NCBI GenBank assembly: GCA_963514005.1
Contig: OY740786.1
Location: forward strand, 87,606,001-87,670,000
DNA: 64,000 bases
Source of the DNA: Raja brachyura
Lineage: Eukaryota
Direction of reading: 5' to 3'
Under the pieces are notes generated by a model. That model was given only the letters and a program-made list of their open reading frames with translations. It had not been told where the DNA came from and did not search any database. Made by a program: the position numbers and the translations under genes. Shown one piece after another: positions 12,940 to 24,293 of this stretch; within the stretch, counting starts at the first letter, position 1; each line of letters begins with the position of its first letter.

Positions 12940-13430
12940 TAAGAGGGCACATGGTGTATTAGAAGATAGACCCCCAAAGTTGAAGTAACTCAGCGGGTCA
13001 GGCAGCATCTCTGGTGAAAGGGAATAGGTGACGCTTAAGGTCGCAACCCTTCTTCAGGTATATTAGTCTTCATAGCAAGAACCAAGTACAGGAGCAAGAA
13101 TGTCTTGCTACAATTATGCACGGTCCTGGTGAGACCACGCTAGGTGTGCCATTTTGGTCTCCTTACCCAAGAATGGATATAGACAGCATAGAGGAAGTGC
13201 AATGAGAGTATATTTCTGGACAGCTCCTTGAATTACAATCGGGTAGATTGGGTTTGTATTCACCGGATTTTAGAAAAATGAGAGAGGATCTATTAAAACT
13301 TGTAAAATTCTGTCAAGACTGAATAGAGTGGATACCCTGGTTGGAGTATCAAAATGAGGGGTCTCAGGTTACAGGGTACCAGTTTTAGGACTGAAATGAG
13401 GAAACATTTCCGCACTCAGAGGAGAGTGAA
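12940..13430 (+). mobile_element. decayed CR1 3' fragment with a Penelope-derived unit (~12960-13060)
   Basis: ctggtgagaccac and ggactgaaatgaggaaac resemble the CR1 RT C-terminus. Confidence 0.6.
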
Positions 13431-14007
13431 ATTTGCTGCACCAATCTGCTGTAGATGAATTTCTGACACTATTCTGTCAGCTGCAGGCATAATTCATACC
13501 AGTTACTGACAACCAAGTCAGATCTGAATCAACTTGAAACAAGACTTGCCATGATCTGAATTCAGTCTCTTGTTGACTCGTCTTCGAACTGTCAAGCATG
13601 GAATGGGAACATGATCCATTCCCCCACAAAAGCATTCTGTCATCTTGTCTGGAATCATTCTGTATCTAAGCCACCCATACCCTCATTAATAACCCCATCA
13701 ATAAAGGTGCATTTACATGGTTCCCTAAGTGTAATAAATCAGCCAAATGCTGTCAAATTTTGAATGAGCTCAATTTTTCAGAGGCTGGAATACGGAAGAC
13801 TTGCAGCTTCCAAATAGCCGTGCCTGGAGGGAAGAGATGGGTGAATGATTTCATTTTCCACAGGCAGACATTACAAGGATGGAGAAGTGAGCAATTGCAG
13901 AGGTGATGGAGAATAAATGGTTTGAAACTTAAGAGTCAAGAGTGTTTTATTGTCATATGTCCAAGATAGGACAATGAAATTCTTGCTTGCTGTAGCACAA
14001 CAGATCA

Positions 14008-14795
14008 GTGGCTCGGTGGGGGCGCTGCGAGCCGGCAGCCCTACCAGAAGCGTGTCAGTTTTTTTCTACTTTTTTTGTTTTTTTAGTGTGTTTAAATATG
14101 TTTTTAATTTTTCTCTGTGTGCCTTGTGTGGGGGGGGGTAAGGGGGAAACAGCTTAGGTCGCCTCCTCCATGAAGAGGTGACTTTTTCCATGTCGCCTCC
14201 CCCTTGGCCTAACATCGAGGATCGGTGCGGCCTTTCCCGGAGGCGCGCCCGGGGATTCAGCACCGGGCGCAGCGTGGACTCTCGTCGCGGAGCGGGCGAG
14301 TTCTCGCCGGGGCTCTCCAGAGGGGAACACTCCATTCGCTGGCCCGCGGCAGCCTGAAGCTGGGGTCTGCAGAGCTCCAGTCGGCGTAGCGTCCTGGGCC
14401 TGGGGTCCCTCATTGGAGACCCGGGAAAAGAAGAGATCCGGCCGCCGGCCCGCGGCCAACTTCTACCGTGGGCACGGCGGGGACTTACCATCCTGGGCAG
14501 GGTCCCTAGCCGGGAATCCCTGGAGGGGAGCTTCGAACGCGGCCTGAACTTTAAATCTTCGACCGCCGGCCTGTGGCCTACACCAGCCTGAAGCCGCAGT
14601 CTCTGGTGGGGAGGCACCGATTCAGGATTTACCTGGACTTTTACCTTGTCTACTCATCTGGACGCCCGCAGCGGCGGCTGCGGAGGGTTGAGGTCCCTAC
14701 CATGGGGGAAAATGGAGGAGGACTGACCACATTTTGTGTCTTCCACCACAGTGATGAATGCTGTGGTGGATGTTCGTGTTAAATTTTTATTGTGT
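14008..14795 (+). mobile_element. GC-rich non-coding repeat with the shared 3' stem-loop tail
   Basis: CpG-rich body ending ttccaccacagtgatgaatgctgtggtggatgtt, related to the 7440-8240 tail. Confidence 0.6.
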
Positions 14796-15482
14796 GGCCT
14801 TCCAGTGTCTCTATGCTGGAGTAAGCCTTGCGCCAGCTAGCTCCGTGGAAAAATGAAAAAAAAGGGAGAAAAAACGGGACCGCTGAAAACTTACCAGCAG
14901 CTTGTGTCGAAGGGTGCGTGACGTTATCAGACCGCGACGGCGGTTGTTTAATGTTGACCCAAAGAACTCCCCGAAAGTACAGGCAAGGAAAACCCGGGTT
15001 AAACAAGAAGTAGGCTCGAGCAAAGCCTCAACCTCAATTTCAGCGTCGTCCCAAGAAGAAATTTCTAAACAGGGTCAGAAGGTAAGACCTAAAAAAACGG
15101 AATGGACGAGTTATTTCAGAAGAAATATCTGTCATAAGGGAAGAACTGAACATTTTTAAAGAAGAAACATCAGATTCATTTCAGACTGTCCATACTAATA
15201 TCCTCGAAGAATTGTCTCCCTGGAAGGACGAAGTAAGTGGAAAAATAAACCGACATATGGAAGAGGTAAATGCTAAATTTAATAAATTGGAATCCAAGCT
15301 TAACTCTAAGTTGGATCCAGTTATTATTATAGTAAATCAGCATACTACAGCTATAACTGAATTAGAGTCAATTGCTCAGACAGGTGCTGACACTATGAAA
15401 AGGGTCTTAACTGAGACCAAGCATTTATCAGAATTATTGAATAACATTTCTGAAAAATGTATCGATTTGGAGGGATGCTCGA

Positions 15483-15643
15483 TGTAGTGTATTTGGGTGC
15501 TTGGAACTGACTTGAAAGAACACTCAGATACAGGAGTAAACTAACAAGCTTCTTTATTCCAGGACGCCACCTTGAGTCTCCCCCAGCGCATGCGTCCCCT
15601 CACACAAGACATAACATATGCTAATTATATCACATACATCACA
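15483..15643 (-). repeat. 3' LTR
   Basis: Direct repeat of 26120-26280; AATAAA on the minus strand; preceded on minus by PPT aaagggggagcag. Confidence 0.95.
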
Positions 15644-15657
15644 CTGCTCCCCCTTTA
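15644..15657 (-). promoter_or_regulatory. polypurine tract
   Basis: Minus strand taaagggggagcag directly abuts the 3' LTR. Confidence 0.85.
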
Positions 15658-15884
15658 ACTTGGAGGCCGGTAACACCATTTACATTATATACATGACACT
15701 GCTACCCCTTTAACTTGGAGGCGAATAACACCATTTCTATTACATTAAATATAATTGATTAACACACTGTTGCAAAATTATATTATTACAGTCATCTTAC
15801 ATTGCATCCTCACAACTGTAATAATCATATCTAAACTTAGCACATAATTTTTTCATTCCACTAAACGACATATATTACCCCTTG

Positions 15885-16400
15885 CTTTATGTGTTATCCT
15901 TTTCCGTTCCCTTCTGTGTAAAGTGTGCGCTCTTTCTAATCACTCTAGCCCTACCTGTAACTCTGCCTCTTCCCTTTTTAAATGTCCTAATCTAATTTGC
16001 AGATTTCTTCCTGTTCCTGATATTCAGCTAAAGTTAACATTTCCTCTGTTTCTGTTCCTTATTTGTAGGTGGGATCTGACACATGACTGCAGGTTTTCGT
16101 TTTCTAGCAGCTTCTTCTGTCGCTCAATTTCCTGGCGCTGCGTGTTTATCTGCTCTTGCTGTACAATAACATTCTGCAATGCATAACCATTTGTCCATTG
16201 CTCAGTGAAGGAGGCTCCATGCTGGACTATAGTGAAGTGTCCTAATCGCAATCGGTCCTGCATACTTTTGTCTTGACCGACAAGCCTCTCTTCTTTAGAC
16301 TTTTCTATTAACAGCTTTTTGCTCATCGTCACACATTTATTTAACCATTCTTTGTATCGTTTAAGCCTTTTCTGTTGTTCATCTATTTGTCTTAAATCAC
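15885..16400 (-). pseudogene. tlk2: captured intronless TLK2-like coiled-coil region (no kinase domain), frameshifted
   Basis: [61 protein letters not shown]; after frameshifts [22 protein letters not shown] and RLGHLKREEAE. Confidence 0.9.
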
Positions 16401-16409
16401 CTTTCTGGT

Positions 16410-17470
16410 TCTTCATCAAGAAGTAGGATCTGTATTGTCTTTACAATACAACAGTGGCTTTGATTTGTGCTCTGTATAGTTTTCTTACTACATAAGCACG
16501 GTAGTGAGACTGCACTACAACTGCTGTATAAATCAGTTTGAGGAAGTCTTTCGTATATCGTTTAAGCCTTTTGTATCATTTCAGCCTTTTCTGTTGTGCA
16601 TTTATTTTTCTTCTTAAGACGTTCCTATACCAACTCATACGGAGTACTGACTGCACTTTTACAGAGGCCCTCCTTTGCTTAACCCACTGCCTAACCACCA
16701 TACCCTTGTAGGCAGCTTGAATGGTAATAGTTGCATACCTCATTGACTGATATTGCACAAACTGGGAATGCCCTATTTTGCATGCTTTGTACCATCTCTG
16801 TATCGAAATGACTGCGTGTCGCATAGCTCTGTAGCGTACCCTTGGTATGCACGGTATGCAGCTTGCAGAGTGACTAGAGCCGCCTTTTGCATCAAGAAAT
16901 GTTTTCTTGTAATGCACACCATTATGACTGACTTAATATGGCGTGCTGCCTTGATTTTCTCAACCAATTCTCTGGCTTTAAACCTGCAGTAGAAGGGCTG
17001 AATACAAACCACTGCTTTTCTCAAACTATTATAATGTCTCACTTGGACATCTCTTATCTGGCAAGCTCTGTATCGTTGCTGTACCGCAATGGCAGACCAA
17101 CGTAGTTTCTTGAAATACTGATGCTGTTTATGCATCTGATAATAAATCTGTATAACCTTGGCAGATTTGTGCATGCCCCGCAATTGCTTTCGAACAAGGA
17201 TTCCTCGGTAGGCAGCCTGAAGCAGTACAACGCTGCTGTGTACCTTCATGTAAGTCTTGCGATCACTTTCCATTTGAAGGTGTGCCCTATAATGGGTTTG
17301 TACTATTATAGCTGCCAATCTCATTGCCCTGTATGGACGGTATACTCTGTGCCTTCTAAATACTGTTTGTATTACCGTTGCTGCCTTCTGTTTGTTCCGG
17401 ATCTCTCTCCGTATCTTCATACCCCTGAATGCAGCTTGAATAGTTAGGGTTGCCCTCTGGTTGGCAATGT
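16410..17470 (-). pseudogene. aspm: captured ASPM-like IQ-repeat region
   Basis: More than 12 tandem IQ motifs (IQAAFRG, LQAAYRG, VQQRYRA, IQRWYKA, IQAAYKG) at ~23/27-aa spacing, as in the large ASPM IQ exon; ORFs 16773-17777 and 16576-16917. Confidence 0.85.
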
Positions 17471-17689
17471 CCCTTTGCATTTGACTTTTGTTCCTTTGCC
17501 TTTGACCGTTGACTTGACCTTGACCTTTGTCACTTTGCCCTTGACCTTTGTCACTTTGCCTATTACCTTTGGCCTTTTTCACTTGACCTTCGTCACTTTG
17601 CCCTTGACTTTTGTCACTTTGCCCTTGACTTTTGTCCTTTGAGGGACTCCCTGCCCTCTTTAGTTCAGGCTCCTTGCCTCTGGATGCCC

Positions 17690-20600
17690 TTGGAGGTTTT
17701 GGCGAGAAATGAGCCATTAATGCCTGCTTACACTCCTCGTACATTTTGTCTGTGGGCTTTGCTGGCTGCAGTAACATACGTAAGGTCTGATAAACCTCTC
17801 TTCCTTTTTTAAATTAAAAAAAAAAAATCTTTATTTATTAGAGGTACCATAAGTTACATCAGTGTACATCCCATGTATATTATTGCAATCATTGTACCCC
17901 TTAATTTTTTAAGGCTTTAGAAAAAAAGAAAGAAGAAAGAAATATCAACAGAGAAAGTAGAGAAAGTGAAAAAGAATTGTGAAAGTGAAAAAGCGTGCCA
18001 GAGGGAAAGGGAACCCTTGGGCGAAGAGTTAGAGAAAGGAGATTAAGAGATAGATCCTGGAGAGGAGAAAAAAAAGGGAAAGAGAGAGAAGGAAAAAAGA
18101 AAAGCCAGTTACTTTATTATAAACATCGCGCAAAAGGAATCTACCAACTCAACAGTTTTTCTTCCCCCTTTACCTGACACCGGTACTTTTTTGAGGTATT
18201 CTTGCTCCTTATCCTTGTAGTAGATTTATAAATGCAGACCACATCTTATAGAAACAGTCTGATTTTCCTGCCAGTCTCATATCTTCCAAATGTAGTGTTT
18301 CAAACATAGTTGAAATCCACATATTAACTGTTGGTATAGGAGTATTTTTCCAGAATTTTAAGATTAGCTTTTTTCCTGTTATTAAGCTGTATTCAAATAG
18401 ATTATTTTGAAACACATTTAATTCAGGGCTATCGTCCGTTGTTCCAAAGATAATCCAGTCTGCTTTTGGAGTCAGTTTTATTTTAAATACTTTTGTGAAA
18501 ATTTCAAAAATGTCAGTCCAAAATTTTTGAATTTTTGCCCAAAATGAGTGCGCTATATTAGTTTCTTGACATTGACATTTATCACAAATAGGTGAGACAT
18601 TGGGAAAAAGTTTATTTTAGTTTTTGAATAGTATAATCTGTGTAAGATTTTAAATTGTATTAAAGTGTGTCTTACGTTAATTGAATATTTATGCACATTT
18701 AATAAATATTCTTCCCACCTTTTTTGGAAATTTTTATACTTAATTCTTTTTCCCAGTCTCTTCTGATACCTTCTGTTGTTGGTATTTCTGCGTTTAGAAT
18801 AATATATATATGATATTAGGTTTGTTGATTCAGCCTTTGTATTCATTACTTCTTCCAGTAAGTCTGGAGGCATAGTGTGATAATCTTGTGCGTATTTTTC
18901 CAGATAGTCACAAATTTGGAAATATTTAAAATACTGATTGTTTCCCAAATTGTATTTTAGTTGTAATTGTTTAAATGATAATAGTTTTCCCGTTTCATAC
19001 AAATCCCCGAAGGTTTTAATTCTGGCTCTTTCCATTGTATAAATGCTTTATCTATAATTGAAGGTTTAAACAAAGGGTTTTTACCAATAGGCGATAAGAG
19101 AGAAACATTTCTTAATTTTAAGTTGTGTTTTATTTGTTTCCAAATTCTAATTGTACTGTGTATAATTGGATTTTTGTTGTAATTTGTATTATTCATCGTC
19201 ATTGGTGAAAGAAGGATCGCTCCAATATTGCAAGGAGAGCAGTCCTCTTTCTCCATAATAATCCAATCCGGTTGCTGGGGAGAGTTATCCAGCAATTGGA
19301 TCATATTTCTAATATTTACAGACCAGTAGTAATACATGAAATTGAGGAGTGCTAATCCCCCTACTACTTAGGGTTTATTCAGATGAGCTCTTTGTATTCT
19401 GTGAGATTTATAATCCCAAATAAAATTTGTGATATCTAAGTCCAGTTTTTTAAAAAACGTTTTGGGTAGGTATATTGGAATTGATTGGAACAGATATATA
19501 ATTTGTGGTAGAAAAATCATTTTTATGGTGTTTATTTGGCCTATTAAGGCCATCGGAAGCGTTTTCCAAAATTTAATAAAGTTATATAGTTTCTTAAGTA
19601 GAGGGTTACAATTTGCGTCAAACATGCCTTGATATCTTCTAGTGATTTCGATACCCAAGTATTTAATTTTTTCCAAAGCTATTTTAAAAGGAAACTGTAA
19701 AAGATGTGTAGAATCTTTCAGTTTTATTGACATGATTTCACGTTTATTCCAATTTAGTCTATATCCTGAACATGATCCAAAGTCCTCTATTAAGTTTAAA
19801 ATATTTGGTATAGTAATATGAGGTTTTGTGATGTACAATAGTACATCATCTTGTATAATGATATTTTATTGTTGGAATATTTTGTTTTATATCCATGGAT
19901 ATTCGGATGAGTTCTAATTATTTCTGCCAGGGGTTCAATTATGAGAGCAAATAACAGCGGTGATAGTGAACATCCTTGTCTATTACCCCTTGACAATTGA
20001 AATTTCGTAGATAAATTATTGTTAGTTAATATTCTGCCCGTTGGCTTATTATATAATAATTTAATCCATAGAATGAAATTCTCTCCCAGTTGAAATTTTT
20101 GCAATACCTTGACCATATAATCCCATTCAACCTGATCGAATGCTTTCTCTGCATCCAACGATATAATTGATAGTTTTTGATCTTCAGTTTGGTGTGAATG
20201 CATTATATTGAGCAGACGTCTCAAATTATTAAATGATTGTCTCTTAGGGATAAACCTCGTTTGATCCGGATGTATTAATTTACTGGCATATTTACTTAGA
20301 ATTCCAGCTAGTATTTTCGCTAATATTTTTTGATCTGTGTTTAACAACGCAATAGCTCTATATGATCCGGGTTCTTCCACATCTTTATCTTTCTTAAGTA
20401 GTAATGTGATCGTGGATTCTGCTAGTGTTTCAGGTAGTATTTGTTCTTTGAAGGCATAAGTATACATTTTCTGTAGGCGAGGTGTAAATATGTCATAAAA
20501 ACTTTTTATATATGACTTTTATAAAATTCATTACTCAATCCGTCGGGACCTGGTGTTTTTTCATTTTTTAATGAGATTATTGTTTCTTCTATTTCCTTAT

Positions 20601-23600
20601 TTAAGATTTGTGTTCCCAATTCCTCTTGTTCCTGCAACTCTAGTTTAGGAAGGTTACAATTATCCAAGAACTCTGTAACTTTGTTGGTGTCCGTTGTCGT
20701 TTTAGATGTAAATTTAGATTGTAAATTCTTGTAAAATTATGCAAATCTTTTATTAATATCACTCGGCAAGGTCAATACTTCCCCTTTGTCTGATTTGATC
20801 TTTGAAATTGTGTGATCCTTTTCTCGTTTTTTTAACTGACGTGCTAGAGGTTTATGGGGCTTATCCCCAAATTCCAAATGTTCCTGTCCTATAATTTATA
20901 ATAATCTAATGACTTTCTCTGATAATAATTTATTTAATTTAAATTTCAGTATTATTATTCTATTATGTTTATCCGTAGTGGGGTCTTTAGCGTTTTCTAT
21001 GTCCAGTTGTCTAATTTGTTCTTCTAACAGTCTTTGTTCGTTCTTATTTTTCTTATTTTGAAAAGCTTGGTATGAAATTATAACGCCTCGAATAAATGCT
21101 TTAAAAGATTCCCATAATAGTGTAGGTGATATGTCAGGCGTATCGTTTATTTCGAAAAAAAGATCCATTTGCTGTTCTTAGTCATTCCTTCCATTTTTAG
21201 AAAAAAAGTTAGTGGGGAGTGATCTGAAATCGCATTTGAGTGGTATTTTGGTTTAGAAGTATGGGGTACTAATTTTGTATCCACCAGGAAATAATCTATA
21301 CGTGAATATGTCTTGTGTACCATTGAATAGAATGAGTAATCCCTGCCGGTCAGATTTGCAATCCTCCAGACATCTGTTATATTTGTGTTTTTTATATATG
21401 TGTTTAGAAGTTTGCTAGTTTTGGATTTCGTAATACCCCTCTGTTTTTGATTGGATTCATCTAAGTAAGGGTTTAAAACACAATTAAAGCCGATTATGAC
21501 ATTCTGGTAATTATATTCTGCAATTATATTCAAGATTTTATTGAAAAAATGCGGATTGTCAAAGTTGGGCGCATATATATTTACCAAGGTAATTGGGGTA
21601 GCATGGATCTCCCCGGTAACTATCAAATATCTCCCGTCATTATCTGTTAAGGTAGTTTTGGGTTTAAATGGAATGCCTTTGCGAACAATAATAGACGTTC
21701 CTCTAGATTTCGACGTGTATGACGAGTGAAAAGTTTGCCCTATCCAGTTCGCCCTCAATCTAGCTTGATCTTGAAGATTAAGGCATTTCTTGTAAGAAAG
21801 CAATATCTGTGTTTCAGCTGAGCTAGAGCTCATCTTTCAGCTGAGCTAGAATCTTACCCCTTTTAATGCGTTCGTTAACACCCCTAACGTTACAACTACA
21901 AAATGAGATTCGTCACTGTTTATTTTGGTTATTGTCTTGCATTTTGAATAGATTTAATACCTATGTATCTTGCGGCGCATCCGTACCTCAGGTCTTAAAT
22001 ATTGGGGGATCATTTACCCTACAAAGTTCAAATTAGTAGATTCCCTTTGCGATTGTCCTTAAATAGAAAAAACACACATGTGAATAAATGTGATAATAAT
22101 TTTTTAAAAACTAATACAAGTGAAAATACAGTGTTCGAACTTGTCGGCACTGTAACAAGTGACCCACCTGTTGGTGGGAGAAAATATTTTATCGACTTCC
22201 GTTGTCGATATAAAACAAACAAATAGCTCCTCTAGACGTTCCTCTAGATTTCGACGTGTATGACGAGTGAAAAGTTACTCATTACTCTATTACTCATAAC
22301 ATACTGGAGCGGGACCGGTTTACAGTATATATATCCATTTCATCAATATTCCCGGATATAACTAACATTTTTATCTACTATATGTGAAGCGTATATTTTA
22401 ACCTCGGAAATCATCAACTGTTGGTTGAAGGGGTTAACCTGTTACTGGCTCCTGGAACTGAGCCAGGAGCCCGCCTCTGCCCCTCATGCCCCAGTTATAA
22501 ATCTACTTGAGATTTATTAAGTTAAATTATAAATATTAATTTGTAAATCACCCTTTCTACATTTCTGATTAACATTCATACTATTTCTATGTTAGTATTC
22601 TATGTTAATATTGTTACAAATGTTAATTCTATACCATTTAGGTTATCATTAAATCTCATATACAACAGTAATTGCTAAGCCCACAGTCTGTTGTTGAGCT
22701 CTTCATTTCGGTGGTTATCTTTTTTTCCGGTTCCCTTGGGACAGAGTTAGCATTCCACCAATAAGACGTCTAGACAAAGTTCCTTCTTCTGGCAGCACGC
22801 CACCATTCAGGGTGAAATGGTAAAAAGAGAGAGTATCCATACTGTCCGACCTTTCCAGCTAGTCCTTGTGTTCCACGATGGTTAGAGCATATTTGTATGC
22901 CTCCTCGGGATTTGTGAACGATTTTTGCTGTTCCTTGGAGATACGCATTTTAGCTGGGTAGTAAACAGCACATCAAACCTCCTTATTTCCTTGGAGAGCC
23001 TGCTTTGCCTTAGAGAACTGATTTCGCTTTTGCATAATTTCATAGGGATAGTCCCTGAAAATTTTAAAAGTTGTTGCACCATACTTCAGAGGCACTCCAT
23101 ATTTGATATTACTCATAACCTCTTCCACATCAGAAATGTCCCGGAATTTCACAATAATCTGTCATGTATGTTCTGAACCAGTATGAGATTTGGATTTAAA
23201 TCTAGGAACTCGGTGTGCCACTTCAATTTTCGGTAGGTTAGGGAGCTTAATAGCTTCTTTAATTAAGCCCGCAGCGAACTCGCGAATGTTATCTCTCTCA
23301 GCTCCCTCTGGTATGCCAACTAATCTTAGATGTTGGCGTCTCGAAACGAGCTTCCAGATCCAGGCTTTTTTTTTGTCTGAAACTTTAGGCAGCTGAGTCG
23401 CCATCCGTCGTGGAGCAAGGTCTTGTTCTGACCTCACATTCTTCATCTCCTCCACCATTCTTGCCATCTCTTCCTCCATCTCGTGCATTGATGACATACA
23501 GGTTGAGACAGTGTCCAGCACATCACCGAGCTTCTTCGTGGTGTCTTCTTCACCCTTATCAATTCTCTCCGATAGTTCATCTCTCACATCGTCAATTCAT

Positions 23601-24293
23601 TTATTTATAGTGCGAATCGAATCCTTCACAGACTCAATAATTTTCTGTTTACCAGCAGTCATATTCAGCGTCAGCTTTTCTATCTTTTCCATCATCACTC
23701 CCATCATCTGTTCCATCTTTTTTCCATCCACCTTTACATCTATCAGTTCACTTACCGAAAGCTTTAATTCTTCAAATTCTTTGTCCTTGGCCAAATCTGT
23801 CTTAGATCTTGTAGCCATGTCGGAAATCACCTTTTCTTCAGAAGCCACTTCAAAAATAAGTTCTTCAGGCTTCGTCTGGCTTCCCCAGGAGTGTTTTGTA
23901 ACTGTTCTCTGAGTGCTCTTACCAGGAGAAGAATTTTTCATTTAAAGTGTTTTAAGCCTCCGTTAAAATCACAGCGCTTACTGATGACGTCATCAGTGCG
24001 ACGTCCAGAGGCTCCGGTAAGTTTTTTAAATTGGTCCCGACCAGTAGACCCGATTTTAACGCGAAGAATCGTGAATTTTATGGAGCGGTGCTATGTGCAG
24101 CATCTGTTATTGTAACATGGCTCCACCGGAAGTCATAACCCTCTCTTCCTAAGCCTAATATGAACCATGCTCTCTTCTTTTCCTCTGCAGCGATATCATT
24201 GGAAATGAAACAAGCCTCCAGGACTTCGGTCCATTTCTCAAAATTACACCCAGAATCTAACTGGGGCACGTTTCCTACAATTTGAAAAGCCAT
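17690..24293 (-). pseudogene. Mag-clade-like gag N-terminus split by the L1 (24293-24140 joined to 17794-17690)
   Basis: Rejoined: MAFQIVGNVPQLDSGCNFEKWTEVLEACFISNDIAAEEKKRAWFILGLGREVYQTLRMLLQPAKPTDKMYEECKQALMAHFSPKP, matching the recalled W..Y.ERL..F..N.I...KK...L...Y..L..L..P.KP....Y..L...L..HF.PK pattern. Confidence 0.8.
17806..24139 (-). mobile_element. full-length (~6.3 kb) but frameshifted L1-clade LINE nested in the gag
   Basis: 11-bp TSD cctctcttcct (17795-17805, 24140-24150); 5' end gacttccggt; ORF1 (SRRQHLRLVGIPEG, IEVAHR); inter-ORF region; APE (21147-21833), RT (19796-20467, RQGCSLSP) and C-terminal fragments; A-rich tail. Confidence 0.93.

Noticed and set aside
15885-17470. Resident aspm or tlk2 genes
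   Set aside because: Partial, intronless, frameshifted and enclosed by LTRs; treated as captured cargo
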